Positions 39,796-49,634 of a DNA stretch of 64,000 bases are shown here, one piece after another. The notes beneath the pieces were generated by a model. It made no database searches. It was not told where the DNA came from and worked only from the letters and a program-made list of their open reading frames with translations. Each line of letters begins with the position of its first letter. The stretch's first letter is position 1. Source of the stretch: Armatimonadota bacterium (GTDB lineage: Bacteria > Armatimonadota > UBA5829 > DSUL01); NCBI GenBank assembly GCA_039811685.1, contig JBDHZC010000001.1:352001-416000 (forward strand), read 5' to 3'. The translations under genes were made by a program, and so were the position numbers.

Positions 39796-39868
39796 AGCGG
39801 GCGACCGGGCTCGAACCGGCGACATCCAGCTTGGAAGGCTAGCGCTCTACCAACTGAGCTACACCCGC
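39796..39868 (-). tRNA. tRNA-Gly(TCC)
   Basis: Minus strand GCGGGTGTAGCTCAGTTGGTAGAGC...CTAGC-CTTCCAA-GCTGG...GGTTCGAGCCC; CCA not encoded. Confidence 0.95.
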
Positions 39869-39880
39869 TTGACAGTTGGT

Positions 39881-39909
39881 ATTATAGTCACCACGTCCGG
39901 GCTTAGCAA
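39881..39909 (-). promoter_or_regulatory. sigma70 promoter for tRNA-Gly
   Basis: Minus strand TTGCTA, 17-bp spacer, TATAAT, ending 12 nt before the tRNA 5' end. Confidence 0.7.
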
Positions 39910-39937
39910 GCTTTTTCTTCGAGCCACCACAAAACAA

Positions 39938-40010
<73 letters not shown>

Positions 40011-40029
40011 CTTGTCCTCATGACATCGG

Positions 40030-40800
40030 CTAGAACGTTATTGTCAAGCCTCCGTCCACCGTTATGACCTGGCCCGTGATATAGGTGGCGTCTGGTCCAC
40101 ACAGGAAGAGTGCGACACCTGCGATCTCCTCAGGGCGGCCCGCTCGACGCAGCGGAAGATGGCGTCCTTCAACATAACCCTGAATGAACCAATCACTCTC
40201 CAGTTCGCTGATGCCGTCAACTATGCTCATCCGCGTGTCAACAAAGCCGGGCGCTATCGCATTGACCAGAACGTTGCGATCGGCCAACTCCAGCGCCAGA
40301 GCCCGGCAATACTGATTGAGCGCCGCCTTGGCCATCCCGTAAGCGCTCGATTGTCTTTCCGCGCGCTCACCGTGAATGCTGGTGATGTGCACAATTCGCC
40401 CACCACTATGCATTAGTGGCGCTGCTGCTCGCGTCATCAGTACCGCCCCGTCAACAAGGATGTCAAAGTTTTTGCGCCACGTGTCGAGAGGATCGTCAAT
40501 AGGATGCGCAGGATAGGAAGCGCCAGCCACATTGACCAGAGCATCCAGTTCTCCCCAACTCTGGGATATGGCGTCACGCGCAGCCTGTGCTACTGAGGGG
40601 TCACTGTAGTCACCAGGGACGACAAGGTGGTCGCCAGGCTCCAGCTGCGCCGCCACACCGCGCAGCTTCTCTTCAGTGCGAGCGTTCACACACACGTTGT
40701 AGCCTTCTTCGGCAAAGCGCAGTGCCGTGGCTCTCCCTATTCCCGACGAAGCGCCTGTTATGAGGACGTTACGTCTCTTGCTGGCAGCGTAATGAGTCAT
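40030..40800 (-). CDS. SDR-family oxidoreductase
   Basis: TGASSGIG, YGMAK (YxxxK), NAIAPG and ITGQVITVDGG. Confidence 0.93.
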   Translation of the reverse strand: MTHYAASKRRNVLITGASSGIGRATALRFAEEGYNVCVNARTEEKLRGVAAQLEPGDHLVVPGDYSDPSVAQAARDAISQSWGELDALVNVAGASYPAHPIDDPLDTWRKNFDILVDGAVLMTRAAAPLMHSGGRIVHITSIHGERAERQSSAYGMAKAALNQYCRALALELADRNVLVNAIAPGFVDTRMSIVDGISELESDWFIQGYVEGRHLPLRRAGRPEEIAGVALFLCGPDATYITGQVITVDGGLTITF

Positions 40801-41735
40801 TTCTTTTCAGGACTGAGCGTTCCGGCATAGATAGCGACACGCGTTTCCAATTGCTCTCCCGGTGCGAGCGTCGCGCACTCTTGCTTCTGGATCGCCTCAT
40901 TCAGAGACAGCGCCGACGCGGCAGAAGGCTCAAGGATGACAAATTCGCCGCCCTGGAACCCGCCGTACGAAGCAAAAACGTACCCGTAGGGAAAAACGTC
41001 CGTGTCAAAAGTCAGGCCGAAGCTGAGCGTCTCGGCGGCGTTGTGCCAACTCATAACGCCCACTGCGAGGTCCCAGAGATGGAACGAGTCGATCTCATCT
41101 CCCATCTCTGGCACGACATTCACAGGTTGTGTACTCAGGATGGGCCAGTCAAACGGACTGTCGTCCTGAAATCGCGAATGAGACAGCTCAGCGACCCGCG
41201 CCCTGCTCGCAGGACAGAGGATCCGGTCTCCGGGTTTGACTTTGAGCGGTGCGTGAATCCGCCACTGAAATTGCACAGCCCGGTCGGACACATTCACAAG
41301 CTCATAGTCGAGATCACAATGAAACGAATCCGGACGCAACGAGACAGTTTTCTTATAGCGTAGACCCGACACAGGCAGGTCGGCTTCCGTCACGAGCGTG
41401 TCATCGACAACAGAGTATGACAGGGAGGTTGTCCAGAGCTCTCCGTGGTCTGGCAGATTTTCTCCATCCACTGTCTCGGATACATCGCTTGGCAGAATTT
41501 CATCCACTCCACCCCAGAAAACAGGATCGTAGGCAGTTCCGGGAGGGTGGGCTTCAAGGGGGAGTGCATCGTTGCGCCACAAGAACTGATAATTCGTCTT
41601 TTTCTCGGTGATGGATGTGATTCGACCGCCTATGGACGGCGCCACTTCCACGACCAGGAACTCACTTTCAAGGCGGACTACTTCAGTGCGATTCGGCTGT
41701 TGCTCTTTTGTTATCCGGGTTATATATGGATCCAT
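40797..41735 (-). CDS. galactose-mutarotase-like / aldose epimerase-fold protein
   Basis: GGRITSI, GGVDEILP, LPDHGELW and FVILEP; stop overlaps the SDR start. Confidence 0.7.
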   Translation of the reverse strand: MDPYITRITKEQQPNRTEVVRLESEFLVVEVAPSIGGRITSITEKKTNYQFLWRNDALPLEAHPPGTAYDPVFWGGVDEILPSDVSETVDGENLPDHGELWTTSLSYSVVDDTLVTEADLPVSGLRYKKTVSLRPDSFHCDLDYELVNVSDRAVQFQWRIHAPLKVKPGDRILCPASRARVAELSHSRFQDDSPFDWPILSTQPVNVVPEMGDEIDSFHLWDLAVGVMSWHNAAETLSFGLTFDTDVFPYGYVFASYGGFQGGEFVILEPSAASALSLNEAIQKQECATLAPGEQLETRVAIYAGTLSPEKK

Positions 41736-41824
41736 GGCTTCTCGAGCGTATAATGTACGCCAATCTTGCCGCAGGCGCAAATCAGGCGCAAAGAATACCC
41801 AAGTACCGTAGAGAGGCTACGACT

Positions 41825-42598
41825 ATGAACTCTGAGACGACATCGCTTCTGGAGCGCTTCCATACTGACGGTTATCTCCTTGTCAAAGAGGCTTTGAAGC
41901 CAGAGGAAGTTGTCCGCGTCAGAGAAGCTGTACTCAAGGTCTTTCGCGAGACTCCATCAGACTACCGCTCTGACATCCGGCTGCGGATGTTCGAGCACGG
42001 CCTGGTGTTTGAAGAGCTGATTGACCACCCCGCTCTTATCGAGATTCTGGAGGCCATTCTGGGCTCAGACTGCCATCTCATAGCACAGAACGCCATACAT
42101 ACCCGTTTTGGCGAAAGCGTTGCGCCATTCTTTCATGCGGATGACGTCGTGCGTTTTCCAATTGACGAAGGCGTGGAGCTGGATCAGCAGATCGTAATGC
42201 CCTGCTTCACTGTGAACATGAACATCTTTCTGACTGATGTCACCGAAGCCGACGGGCCGACAGAAATCGTTCCCGGAAGCCACCGAAGCGGCCGCCAACC
42301 ACAAGACTCAGACCTGGCAAGCAACGGAAAGCCGGAGTTCAAAGGGCGTGCAGCAGTCTCTGTGGCGGCTTCCGCAGGCGATGCGCTGATGTGGAACGAC
42401 CAGGTATGGCACCGGGGAGCGCCGATTACGCGACCGCATGGCGAGCGTATCGTGCAGCAGGGCGCCTACGGTAGACGGTGGGTCGCTCAGAGATTCCACC
42501 CGTACGTAAACTATCGGCTGCCGGATCAGGTAGTTGAAAGAGCAAACCCTCGCCGCAGGAGACTGCTGGGATTGCACGAAATGGGCGCCTACGGTTAG
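41825..42598 (+). CDS. phytanoyl-CoA dioxygenase-family (PhyH) Fe(II)/2OG oxygenase
   Basis: FHTDGY, HADD (HxD), GPTEIVPGSH and VWHRG; GAGG RBS before MNSE. Confidence 0.88.
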   Translation: MNSETTSLLERFHTDGYLLVKEALKPEEVVRVREAVLKVFRETPSDYRSDIRLRMFEHGLVFEELIDHPALIEILEAILGSDCHLIAQNAIHTRFGESVAPFFHADDVVRFPIDEGVELDQQIVMPCFTVNMNIFLTDVTEADGPTEIVPGSHRSGRQPQDSDLASNGKPEFKGRAAVSVAASAGDALMWNDQVWHRGAPITRPHGERIVQQGAYGRRWVAQRFHPYVNYRLPDQVVERANPRRRRLLGLHEMGAYG

Positions 42599-44814
42599 TT
42601 TAGGACAGACAGGTCGTCCCACGAACGAATCTGGAGGAACCGCCGGTTCTCGGACCATCCTCCTGGGACACTGCCTTCGGCTACTCCTGTCACACGCACA
42701 GTGTTTCCGACAGCGACTCCGGCTGGCAAAGTCAGGGAAGGACACTGCACAAGCACCGTGCCAATTCCCCAGTTGTCGCGAATATCAGCGCCGTCATCGA
42801 CATAGATATTAGCGCCGGCTTTGGCCATGATGCGTCCGGTCACGCTCCTGAGCAATCCGACATTATTCAGACCTTGAGCGTCTTTGACCCCAGGTGTAAA
42901 TACGCCCAGTCGCTCTCCTCCAATGCTGGCGCAGTTGGACACCAGAGGAGCGGGCGTCTGTCCCGATCCTGTCTTGACAAGGATAGTCGGCGCAATCTGG
43001 CGCTCACAGGGCACTCCCCCCAGAGTGCGGGTCGAAATGGAGCCAGTCAGGCTTACAATATCCCCTGGAGCAAGTGATTCCTGCGTTGTCAAAATACGAA
43101 TTCCAGCAGAGCGATCTGCCTCTTGCACGTAAACAACACCGTCGGCCGGGAATACCGCGCTCACCACTTTGTTTGCCAACGCAACAGAGGCGCCATCAAT
43201 CTGCAAACGCGCTTCTCCAATACGGACTGGACTGCCGAGCATAAGAAAAACAGCATCCTCGCTGGCTGCCGGGACAAGGCCGGGTCCTCCACTTTGGACA
43301 GAGTAATGATACACACTACCCTCACTCAGCCCCGTCAGAGTAATGGAATGTTGCGTTGTGAGATAGCTAGAGGACTCCGACAACCCGTACGCGGGCGTGA
43401 GTCCATAGCTGACGGCACTGTCCGACGGGATATTGGTTTTCCAGGTGACAGTGGCCGAGTCTCCAGCAACAGTGACGGTGGGGCGGCTTGTAATCAGCAC
43501 TTGATCCGGCGATGGTTCCGCCAGCACCCGCACCGTATAACCGGTCATCGTGATTGGCATGGAAGGACTGGTCTCGACTCGTCCCGCAGGACTGACGTCG
43601 TCGACCACGTACCACACTCCGTTTCCCGCGCCTCCTACAGCATTGACATCAACGACATTTGCCCCTGTCGTCTTGTTGATCAGAACCAGGTGCGTCTCGC
43701 CAGGATTACCGTACCTGCAGGCGAAGGCCTCCACCGTACTGCTTCCGCTCACCTGAACATCCACCAGCGTTGCGCCGCGCGGAAAGTACTTCGCGATATT
43801 TTTCTTGGCATAAAAAACGGGAGCTCGATTGGCTGGCTGCTGAGCGTACCACATCCCGAATCCCGGTGGGCCGCCAGCATAGTCATCGCCCGTCCCCTCC
43901 CAGAACATTTCCGTCGCGACGAAGCGGCCGTTCCCAGTCCTGAAGAAGCGCTTCAACAGAGAAGCATAATAAACAGCGTTGAACGTAGTTTTAATTCGAG
44001 GGTCTGTAGCCCAAAGCCCGTTCACATCTCCTGCCCAGGCATTTACATTGAACTCACCCATGATGAGCTTGACGTTCTTACGATCCACAGGCAGCGCGTT
44101 GTAGGCGTTGTCGATATCTTGTTCGTAATACTGAAGCTGGTAGAGGATGGTGGCATCACTCGGCCAGTTCGGGCCGGGATACCAGCCGCCATAGCGATGC
44201 CAGGAAATGAACTGGATGTTGTTGCCAGATGAGGACGCGAAAAGAGCGTTATTCCAGGTTGTCAGCAAGGCCGCCGTACCTGGCCCACCCACCATCGCCT
44301 GCGGGTAAGCCGCGTGGATTTTGGGCTCGACCACTGTGAACATATCCACATAAGTGGACTGTGACCAACCCGTGAGGTCCGGTTCGTTAATGAGCTCCCA
44401 CATCCAGTTGGAGATATCGTACATCGCTTTGTAACGGCTGACTGCAGCCGCACACCAGTCGCCCCACTGTTCGTAAGTTGTCCCGGCCGGGATGAACTGA
44501 AAGCAGATCATCGGGACAGCGCCGCAATCCACCACGGCTTTGACGAGTTTGTCCAGATTCGCCTGTGTCCAGTCCGGGCGATAAAACACGCGGATTCGAG
44601 CAGTCTTTATGTCGCGGTGGTTCTGAAGAATCTGAGCGTTACTTCCGACGCCTATACCCGCAAATGGCTTGGCACGGTCCACCTCATTCATCCCGTACTC
44701 AGTATTGATGGTTCCAATGGGACTGTTGTAATTGACAGTCACCGTGGCGTTATCAGCAAGGCAAGCTGTCAAGACCAGAAAAGTAAGGGGGATAATGAGG
44801 CTGAGAAGACGCAA
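42595..44814 (-). CDS. secreted GH39-like glycoside hydrolase with FN3-like and C-terminal beta-rich domains
   Basis: Signal peptide; clan GH-A WELINEPD (acid/base), VGGPG, FISWHRY and MGEFN (nucleophile); FN3-like VTWKTN..SDSAVSYG...HSITLTGL...YHY. Confidence 0.78.
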   Translation of the reverse strand: MRLLSLIIPLTFLVLTACLADNATVTVNYNSPIGTINTEYGMNEVDRAKPFAGIGVGSNAQILQNHRDIKTARIRVFYRPDWTQANLDKLVKAVVDCGAVPMICFQFIPAGTTYEQWGDWCAAAVSRYKAMYDISNWMWELINEPDLTGWSQSTYVDMFTVVEPKIHAAYPQAMVGGPGTAALLTTWNNALFASSSGNNIQFISWHRYGGWYPGPNWPSDATILYQLQYYEQDIDNAYNALPVDRKNVKLIMGEFNVNAWAGDVNGLWATDPRIKTTFNAVYYASLLKRFFRTGNGRFVATEMFWEGTGDDYAGGPPGFGMWYAQQPANRAPVFYAKKNIAKYFPRGATLVDVQVSGSSTVEAFACRYGNPGETHLVLINKTTGANVVDVNAVGGAGNGVWYVVDDVSPAGRVETSPSMPITMTGYTVRVLAEPSPDQVLITSRPTVTVAGDSATVTWKTNIPSDSAVSYGLTPAYGLSESSSYLTTQHSITLTGLSEGSVYHYSVQSGGPGLVPAASEDAVFLMLGSPVRIGEARLQIDGASVALANKVVSAVFPADGVVYVQEADRSAGIRILTTQESLAPGDIVSLTGSISTRTLGGVPCERQIAPTILVKTGSGQTPAPLVSNCASIGGERLGVFTPGVKDAQGLNNVGLLRSVTGRIMAKAGANIYVDDGADIRDNWGIGTVLVQCPSLTLPAGVAVGNTVRVTGVAEGSVPGGWSENRRFLQIRSWDDLSVLN

Positions 44815-45002
44815 CAGAGACCTTCCTTAACAGTGAGAGGCGCTTTTCTCTATTGTATCATTTTATGAGGACGAGCAGGGCGCTGTGGAAGATTGGCGGT
44901 TTTGCTTCTGGGCGGGTGAAATCCGAGGCAGAAAGGCCAGCGCCGGAGCATCGGCGCTGGCTCTCAACCTCAACAAAAATCATTTCCCAGCAGACGGTAT
45001 CG

Positions 45003-45893
45003 CTAGGAACGGCCCGGAAATGTCAGCTCCGCTATGCCGGATTTGTCCAGGTTTCCTTTGCCAAGGTCAACCATCCGGTCAAACTGTTTCTTGCTAGCTT
45101 CCGCAAGCGGAAGAGTCAAGCCCTTTTCCCTGGCGAGACTCAGCGCGATACCAGAGTCTTTGGCCGCATGCGCTGCTGAGAAATAGCACTCGTGATCACG
45201 GTTCTGCATGTCCTCGCCGTCAGTTTCAAGCACACGCGAATTTGCGCCTGTCTGGCTGAATACCTCACGCAGCATGGTCAGATCCAGCCCGAGCGCCTCT
45301 CCAAGCCCCAGCCCCTCGGCCAGACCCGCGGTGTTGATGTTCATGACCATGTTCACCAGTGCCTTGACTTGAGCCGCCCTGCCCGCTTCCCCAATGTAGC
45401 GAAGATTCTTGCTCATCGCCTCGAGGATCGGGCGACACTGTTCAAAAGTGTCGCGCTCCCCGCCGCACATCAGGTACAGCGTGCCCTCTCGAGCCTGAGT
45501 GATGCTGCTCGCCATGCAACCTTCCAGCGCGCGCGCTCCGGCAGCTCTGGCTATGTGCTCGATCTCAACATGAACCGCAGGACTAACTGTAGCACAGTTG
45601 ATGAAGACTTTTCCGCCTGCATTGCGCAGGAGACTGTCTCCGGCGTCAGTGAAGATAGCGCGCATTGCCGCGTCATCAGACACGACAGTAATGACGAAAT
45701 CTGAAGCAGAGGTGACCTCCGCCAGGGTATCGCACGCCTGTGCGCCAATCTCCTCAGCGAGCTCTCTTGCGGCCGCTTTGTTAACGTCATACACCGCGGC
45801 TACTGCAAAGCCCTCGTCCTTGAGATGACGCGCGATATTGGCCCCCATCCGTCCTACGCCTACAAAACCGATTCCGACGCCGGAGTACGCCAT
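45003..45893 (-). CDS. NAD(P)-dependent beta-hydroxyacid dehydrogenase (HIBADH family)
   Basis: GFVGVGRMG, LYLMCGG and AAQVKALVN (catalytic Lys). Confidence 0.88.
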   Translation of the reverse strand: MAYSGVGIGFVGVGRMGANIARHLKDEGFAVAAVYDVNKAAARELAEEIGAQACDTLAEVTSASDFVITVVSDDAAMRAIFTDAGDSLLRNAGGKVFINCATVSPAVHVEIEHIARAAGARALEGCMASSITQAREGTLYLMCGGERDTFEQCRPILEAMSKNLRYIGEAGRAAQVKALVNMVMNINTAGLAEGLGLGEALGLDLTMLREVFSQTGANSRVLETDGEDMQNRDHECYFSAAHAAKDSGIALSLAREKGLTLPLAEASKKQFDRMVDLGKGNLDKSGIAELTFPGRS

Positions 45894-45894
45894 C

Positions 45895-46335
45895 TCAGGA
45901 GTTGTTCACCTGAGCGTGAAAGTCGTTCCAGTCTTCCAGATCGTTCAAGCTGACCGCGTCCAGAATGGAGCCATCATCCGGAATTCCGCAAGCCTGAGTG
46001 ATCGTCTTTCGCGTCTCGTCCCGGTGGTTGTAGCCTTTGATCGTCTCGTTGATTTTTTGGATACTGGCCTGGTCGAGCTTGGTCGCGTGCTCCTTAACCC
46101 AGCTCTCAAACTGCGGATACGTCGGTCTCTTGGTCTTAATGAAGTCGATCACGGCATCACAATCCAGACCTAGTCCCTCTACAACAATGCGGTCAAATCC
46201 CGAACCGCAACTGTCGTAGCCGTCCGCCAGTTTTCCATTCGCGTCCAACAGGAGCTTTGACCATAAACGCGGAAGCTGAAGGACTCCAAGAGGTCCAGCG
46301 GTTCCAGAACTGATAGTGGGTACAATACCTGCCAT
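45895..46335 (-). CDS. DUF5069-like protein
   Basis: GPLGVLQLPRLWSK, CGSGFD and LNDLEDW; GGAGG RBS. Confidence 0.7.
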   Translation of the reverse strand: MAGIVPTISSGTAGPLGVLQLPRLWSKLLLDANGKLADGYDSCGSGFDRIVVEGLGLDCDAVIDFIKTKRPTYPQFESWVKEHATKLDQASIQKINETIKGYNHRDETRKTITQACGIPDDGSILDAVSLNDLEDWNDFHAQVNNS

Positions 46336-46535
46336 TTCTCTCCTCCATCTCACCAGAGTCGCCCAAACAGGGCGCATTGTCTGTTGGGTGATTGTAGTCT
46401 CTAATACCCAAAAGTGGGCGAAGGCTGCCATGTGGAACCTTCGAGCGCCTGGAGGATGGCGCTTGTCGGTACGGGATTCTGCCTCACCTCAACGGGTGAG
46501 TTACGGGCGCGTGAAGTTCGCCCAATACTCCAGCC

Positions 46536-48680
46536 TCAGGCCTCAGAGACAGCTTCCCACACGTGTACTGCGTGGTCCAGGCTCAGTTCCAGACGCAGCC
46601 AACCGTCGCTTTCCCACGATCCGCCAACACACGGCCACTCACGCAGCGACGCTTCAGCAATCCCCGTCGCCACGTCGAATACAGTGGCGCGCGGAGAAGG
46701 AGAGGCGATCTGCAACCACACGAGCTTGCCCTCTTTGAAACGCCCCGATACGCGCAGACCTCCTGCGCCAGCCAGATCATGAAACTCGGCCTGCGGCGCC
46801 CCAATGGGGCATCCAGTAATTCTCGTGACTCCTTCGTCGGTTATCTGTATGAAAAGTGAGTTTATGGAGAAGACAAACGCGCCTGCGCTTGTGGTGAAGA
46901 ACGGAAGCGAGATGTGACCATCTCTGCTCACCTGCTCGCACGGAACCAGGCCAGGAGCGGTTGCGGCAGGCGCATCCTGCAGGATTTCCAAAGCGCATTC
47001 GCCGTCACCTGCGATCGCATAGGCCGTGGCAGCGTGTGCGCACGTCCACAGCCATCGGCTACCACCGTAGTTCGGAAGATTTCCCGGCTGGAGTCCGCTG
47101 TCCGTTCTCACCGCTTCACAGAACGAATCTAACGTTCGTCGCGCAATCGCTGAGAACGGGTCTATTCTGAATGGGAAAACAGGACCCACTTCAGCTACGT
47201 GCCGGTGCTCGGCAGCCTCACAGGTTAGATATCGCTGGTCATTCGCGGTTCGAGGCAGCGCTTCTCGCAGTCCTGCAGCAGCCATCTCCCATTCATGTGC
47301 GTCTTCGACTGAGACGCCAAGTCCGCGTGCTGCGGCGGCGGCAATTTCCAGGCTTCTGATAGCCGCGCACATCGTATAAAGACCGTTAGCCACCGGATAG
47401 ATTGCTTCGTCATAGTCTGTCACAGGTTTGACCCCGTAGCGGCCGTCACGCATCTCGACGATGTTCAGAACCCAATAACGAGCAATCTCCCGAAACATCG
47501 GAAAGAACCGGGTCACATTCTCCTCGCCCCCGTCATAAAGGCACCATTGCCAAGCCTCCTCAGCGAACTGCCCCATGTGGAAATGCTCTTCCAGGAAGGC
47601 TCCATACGGGCTACCGTCTTCACCGCTTTCTGTGCTTTCCCACGCGTACTTTGCGCCGCGAAACGCACTGCGCTCTACGGCCTTCTGCAGCGTCCCGAGA
47701 CGATATTGAGGGATTTTGTGTGCCAGAGCCGCGTGTCCGGAGCTTGCAAGGCCGAGAAATGGATACAGCTCATCGTGAAAGGCGCGCCCCTCCCATTGTG
47801 AGGGACTGACTGCGGGCGGGATACTCCACGGTGTCGAGTTGCAACGCAGGTCGTACAGGCACATCAAGCGCAGAGCGTCGAGGCGATCGTCACCAAGAGA
47901 AACGCGGCTGGTGGCGTGATAATCCTGCCACGCTGCAAGGTGTTTGCTGTAGAGATCCTCAAACGTCCAGGGTAGTCTGGTATAGCGGTAGCGAAGCTTG
48001 TCACCCACGCCCAGTACAAATGTCACAGAATCAGACGCACCCGGCGCAAGCGCAAAAGGATACGACAGATCAACGCCAGCTGCAGCGTCCTCACAGGTCA
48101 CCTGCCCATCAGACGTCAGATCTACACCGCCCAGGTGCCTTTTCTCAACTTCAAAGTAGACAACCCGGCCTGCCATTCCTGACTCGGGCTGACCGAGGCT
48201 GATCAGGCTGTCATCCGGCAGGTTTCCGGCCCAGTCTCCAAAGCGGTAGGCGACGCGAAACTCCCCCGACAGGGCGTCCGATCCTGTGTTTGTCAGGGTT
48301 GTGTGAAAGACCGCCGCATTAGTGTCAAGGCACACAAACGAGACTGTCTCTTCTGTGATTTTCGAGTGAGTCAGACGAGAGTGAAGAGTCCCATCAGCGG
48401 GATTAAGTGTCTGTGTCCAGCTCAACGCGTCGCTGCGCCGTCCGGCAACGACCACCGTGCGCTTGATCTGTCCGAGCCGAAGCAGCGGCTGCGTAGGGCC
48501 ACTGATCCGGCGCCCAGCCATACAAAACACCTGCATGCCAGGCAATGGTTCATCGGTGTGATAGCCGCTCGGGCCAAAAGCGGTCACGAACTCACCATTA
48601 CCCATCAGCCAGGGATGGCTGTTCTTTTCCGTGTGGTCAACAGTAAAAAGACTGAGGAATGCTTCTGTCTGGGACTTCAT
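46536..48680 (-). CDS. GH65-like (alpha/alpha)6 glycoside hydrolase or phosphorylase
   Basis: MGNGEF, WEGRAFHDE, GAKYAWES and TDYDE; last gene of a sugar ABC cluster. Confidence 0.7.
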   Translation of the reverse strand: MKSQTEAFLSLFTVDHTEKNSHPWLMGNGEFVTAFGPSGYHTDEPLPGMQVFCMAGRRISGPTQPLLRLGQIKRTVVVAGRRSDALSWTQTLNPADGTLHSRLTHSKITEETVSFVCLDTNAAVFHTTLTNTGSDALSGEFRVAYRFGDWAGNLPDDSLISLGQPESGMAGRVVYFEVEKRHLGGVDLTSDGQVTCEDAAAGVDLSYPFALAPGASDSVTFVLGVGDKLRYRYTRLPWTFEDLYSKHLAAWQDYHATSRVSLGDDRLDALRLMCLYDLRCNSTPWSIPPAVSPSQWEGRAFHDELYPFLGLASSGHAALAHKIPQYRLGTLQKAVERSAFRGAKYAWESTESGEDGSPYGAFLEEHFHMGQFAEEAWQWCLYDGGEENVTRFFPMFREIARYWVLNIVEMRDGRYGVKPVTDYDEAIYPVANGLYTMCAAIRSLEIAAAAARGLGVSVEDAHEWEMAAAGLREALPRTANDQRYLTCEAAEHRHVAEVGPVFPFRIDPFSAIARRTLDSFCEAVRTDSGLQPGNLPNYGGSRWLWTCAHAATAYAIAGDGECALEILQDAPAATAPGLVPCEQVSRDGHISLPFFTTSAGAFVFSINSLFIQITDEGVTRITGCPIGAPQAEFHDLAGAGGLRVSGRFKEGKLVWLQIASPSPRATVFDVATGIAEASLREWPCVGGSWESDGWLRLELSLDHAVHVWEAVSEA

Positions 48681-48803
48681 ACCCTTTTGTTGCCCTCGAG
48701 CATCCAGGCATCCTTCACGAATTCCCTCCGTCCCGAAGGAATGCTTGCGCATCAGCAGGCGTGTTCGCCGCGACGCCTTTGCGGAGCTGATACACGAGGT
48801 CGG

Positions 48804-49634
48804 CTAGGCCTTCAGCCCTGTTAGCGTGATGCCTTCAATAAAAGCCTTCTGCGCAATGAGGAAGATGACGATCAGGGGAAGCGCAGCGACGACGGCCCCA
48901 GCCATCAACACAGCCCAGTTTGCGTCTCCGTAAAAACCCTGCAGTGACTGCAGGCCGATGGGGATAGTTTTCATCGCTGGCCGGTTGATGACAATAAGCG
49001 GCCAGATAAAGCTGTTCCAGGAACCTAAAAAGGCAATCAAGCCGAAGGCTGTGAGAGCGGGGCGTGAAAGCGGCAGAATGATGCGCAGATACACGGACCA
49101 CGGCCCGGCGCCGTCAATGGCGGCAGCATCTTCCAGCTCCTCGGGTATGGTCAGAAAGAACTGGCGGAGTAGAAAACACCCGTAGGCGCTGGCGACGAAT
49201 GGCACAATCAGTGCGGCGTAGGAGTCAATCCAGTGAAGCTGCACCATCATAATAAAGAGCGGGATCATTGTAACCTGCGTGGGAACCATCATTGTGGCCA
49301 GGTAAGCAATGAACAGCGCATCCCGGCCGCGGAAGCGCATTCTCGCAAAAGCGTACGCCGCCAGAGAACTGGTGAACAGTTGCGCAACCGTGACCGTTAC
49401 AGCGACCAGAACGCTGTTCAGGAAGAAGCTGCCAAACGGGACAGTCGTCCAGGCCTGAATATAGTTCTCCCAGTGTATCCCGCTCGGGAACAGCGCACCA
49501 CTTGTTGTGAAAAACTCCGTTTTGCTGCGCAGTGACGCCAGCGCCATCCAGACAAAGGGCCCAAGCATCGTCACGGCCAGGACGCCAAGAATCAGATACG
49601 CTAGTGCGTCTGCAGTTGCGCTGGCTTTCTTCAT
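48804..49634 (-). CDS. carbohydrate ABC transporter permease (MalG-type)
   Basis: AAYAFAR, FLLRQFF and EAA loop ELEDAAAIDGA; TGATG coupling. Confidence 0.93.
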   Translation of the reverse strand: MKKASATADALAYLILGVLAVTMLGPFVWMALASLRSKTEFFTTSGALFPSGIHWENYIQAWTTVPFGSFFLNSVLVAVTVTVAQLFTSSLAAYAFARMRFRGRDALFIAYLATMMVPTQVTMIPLFIMMVQLHWIDSYAALIVPFVASAYGCFLLRQFFLTIPEELEDAAAIDGAGPWSVYLRIILPLSRPALTAFGLIAFLGSWNSFIWPLIVINRPAMKTIPIGLQSLQGFYGDANWAVLMAGAVVAALPLIVIFLIAQKAFIEGITLTGLKA

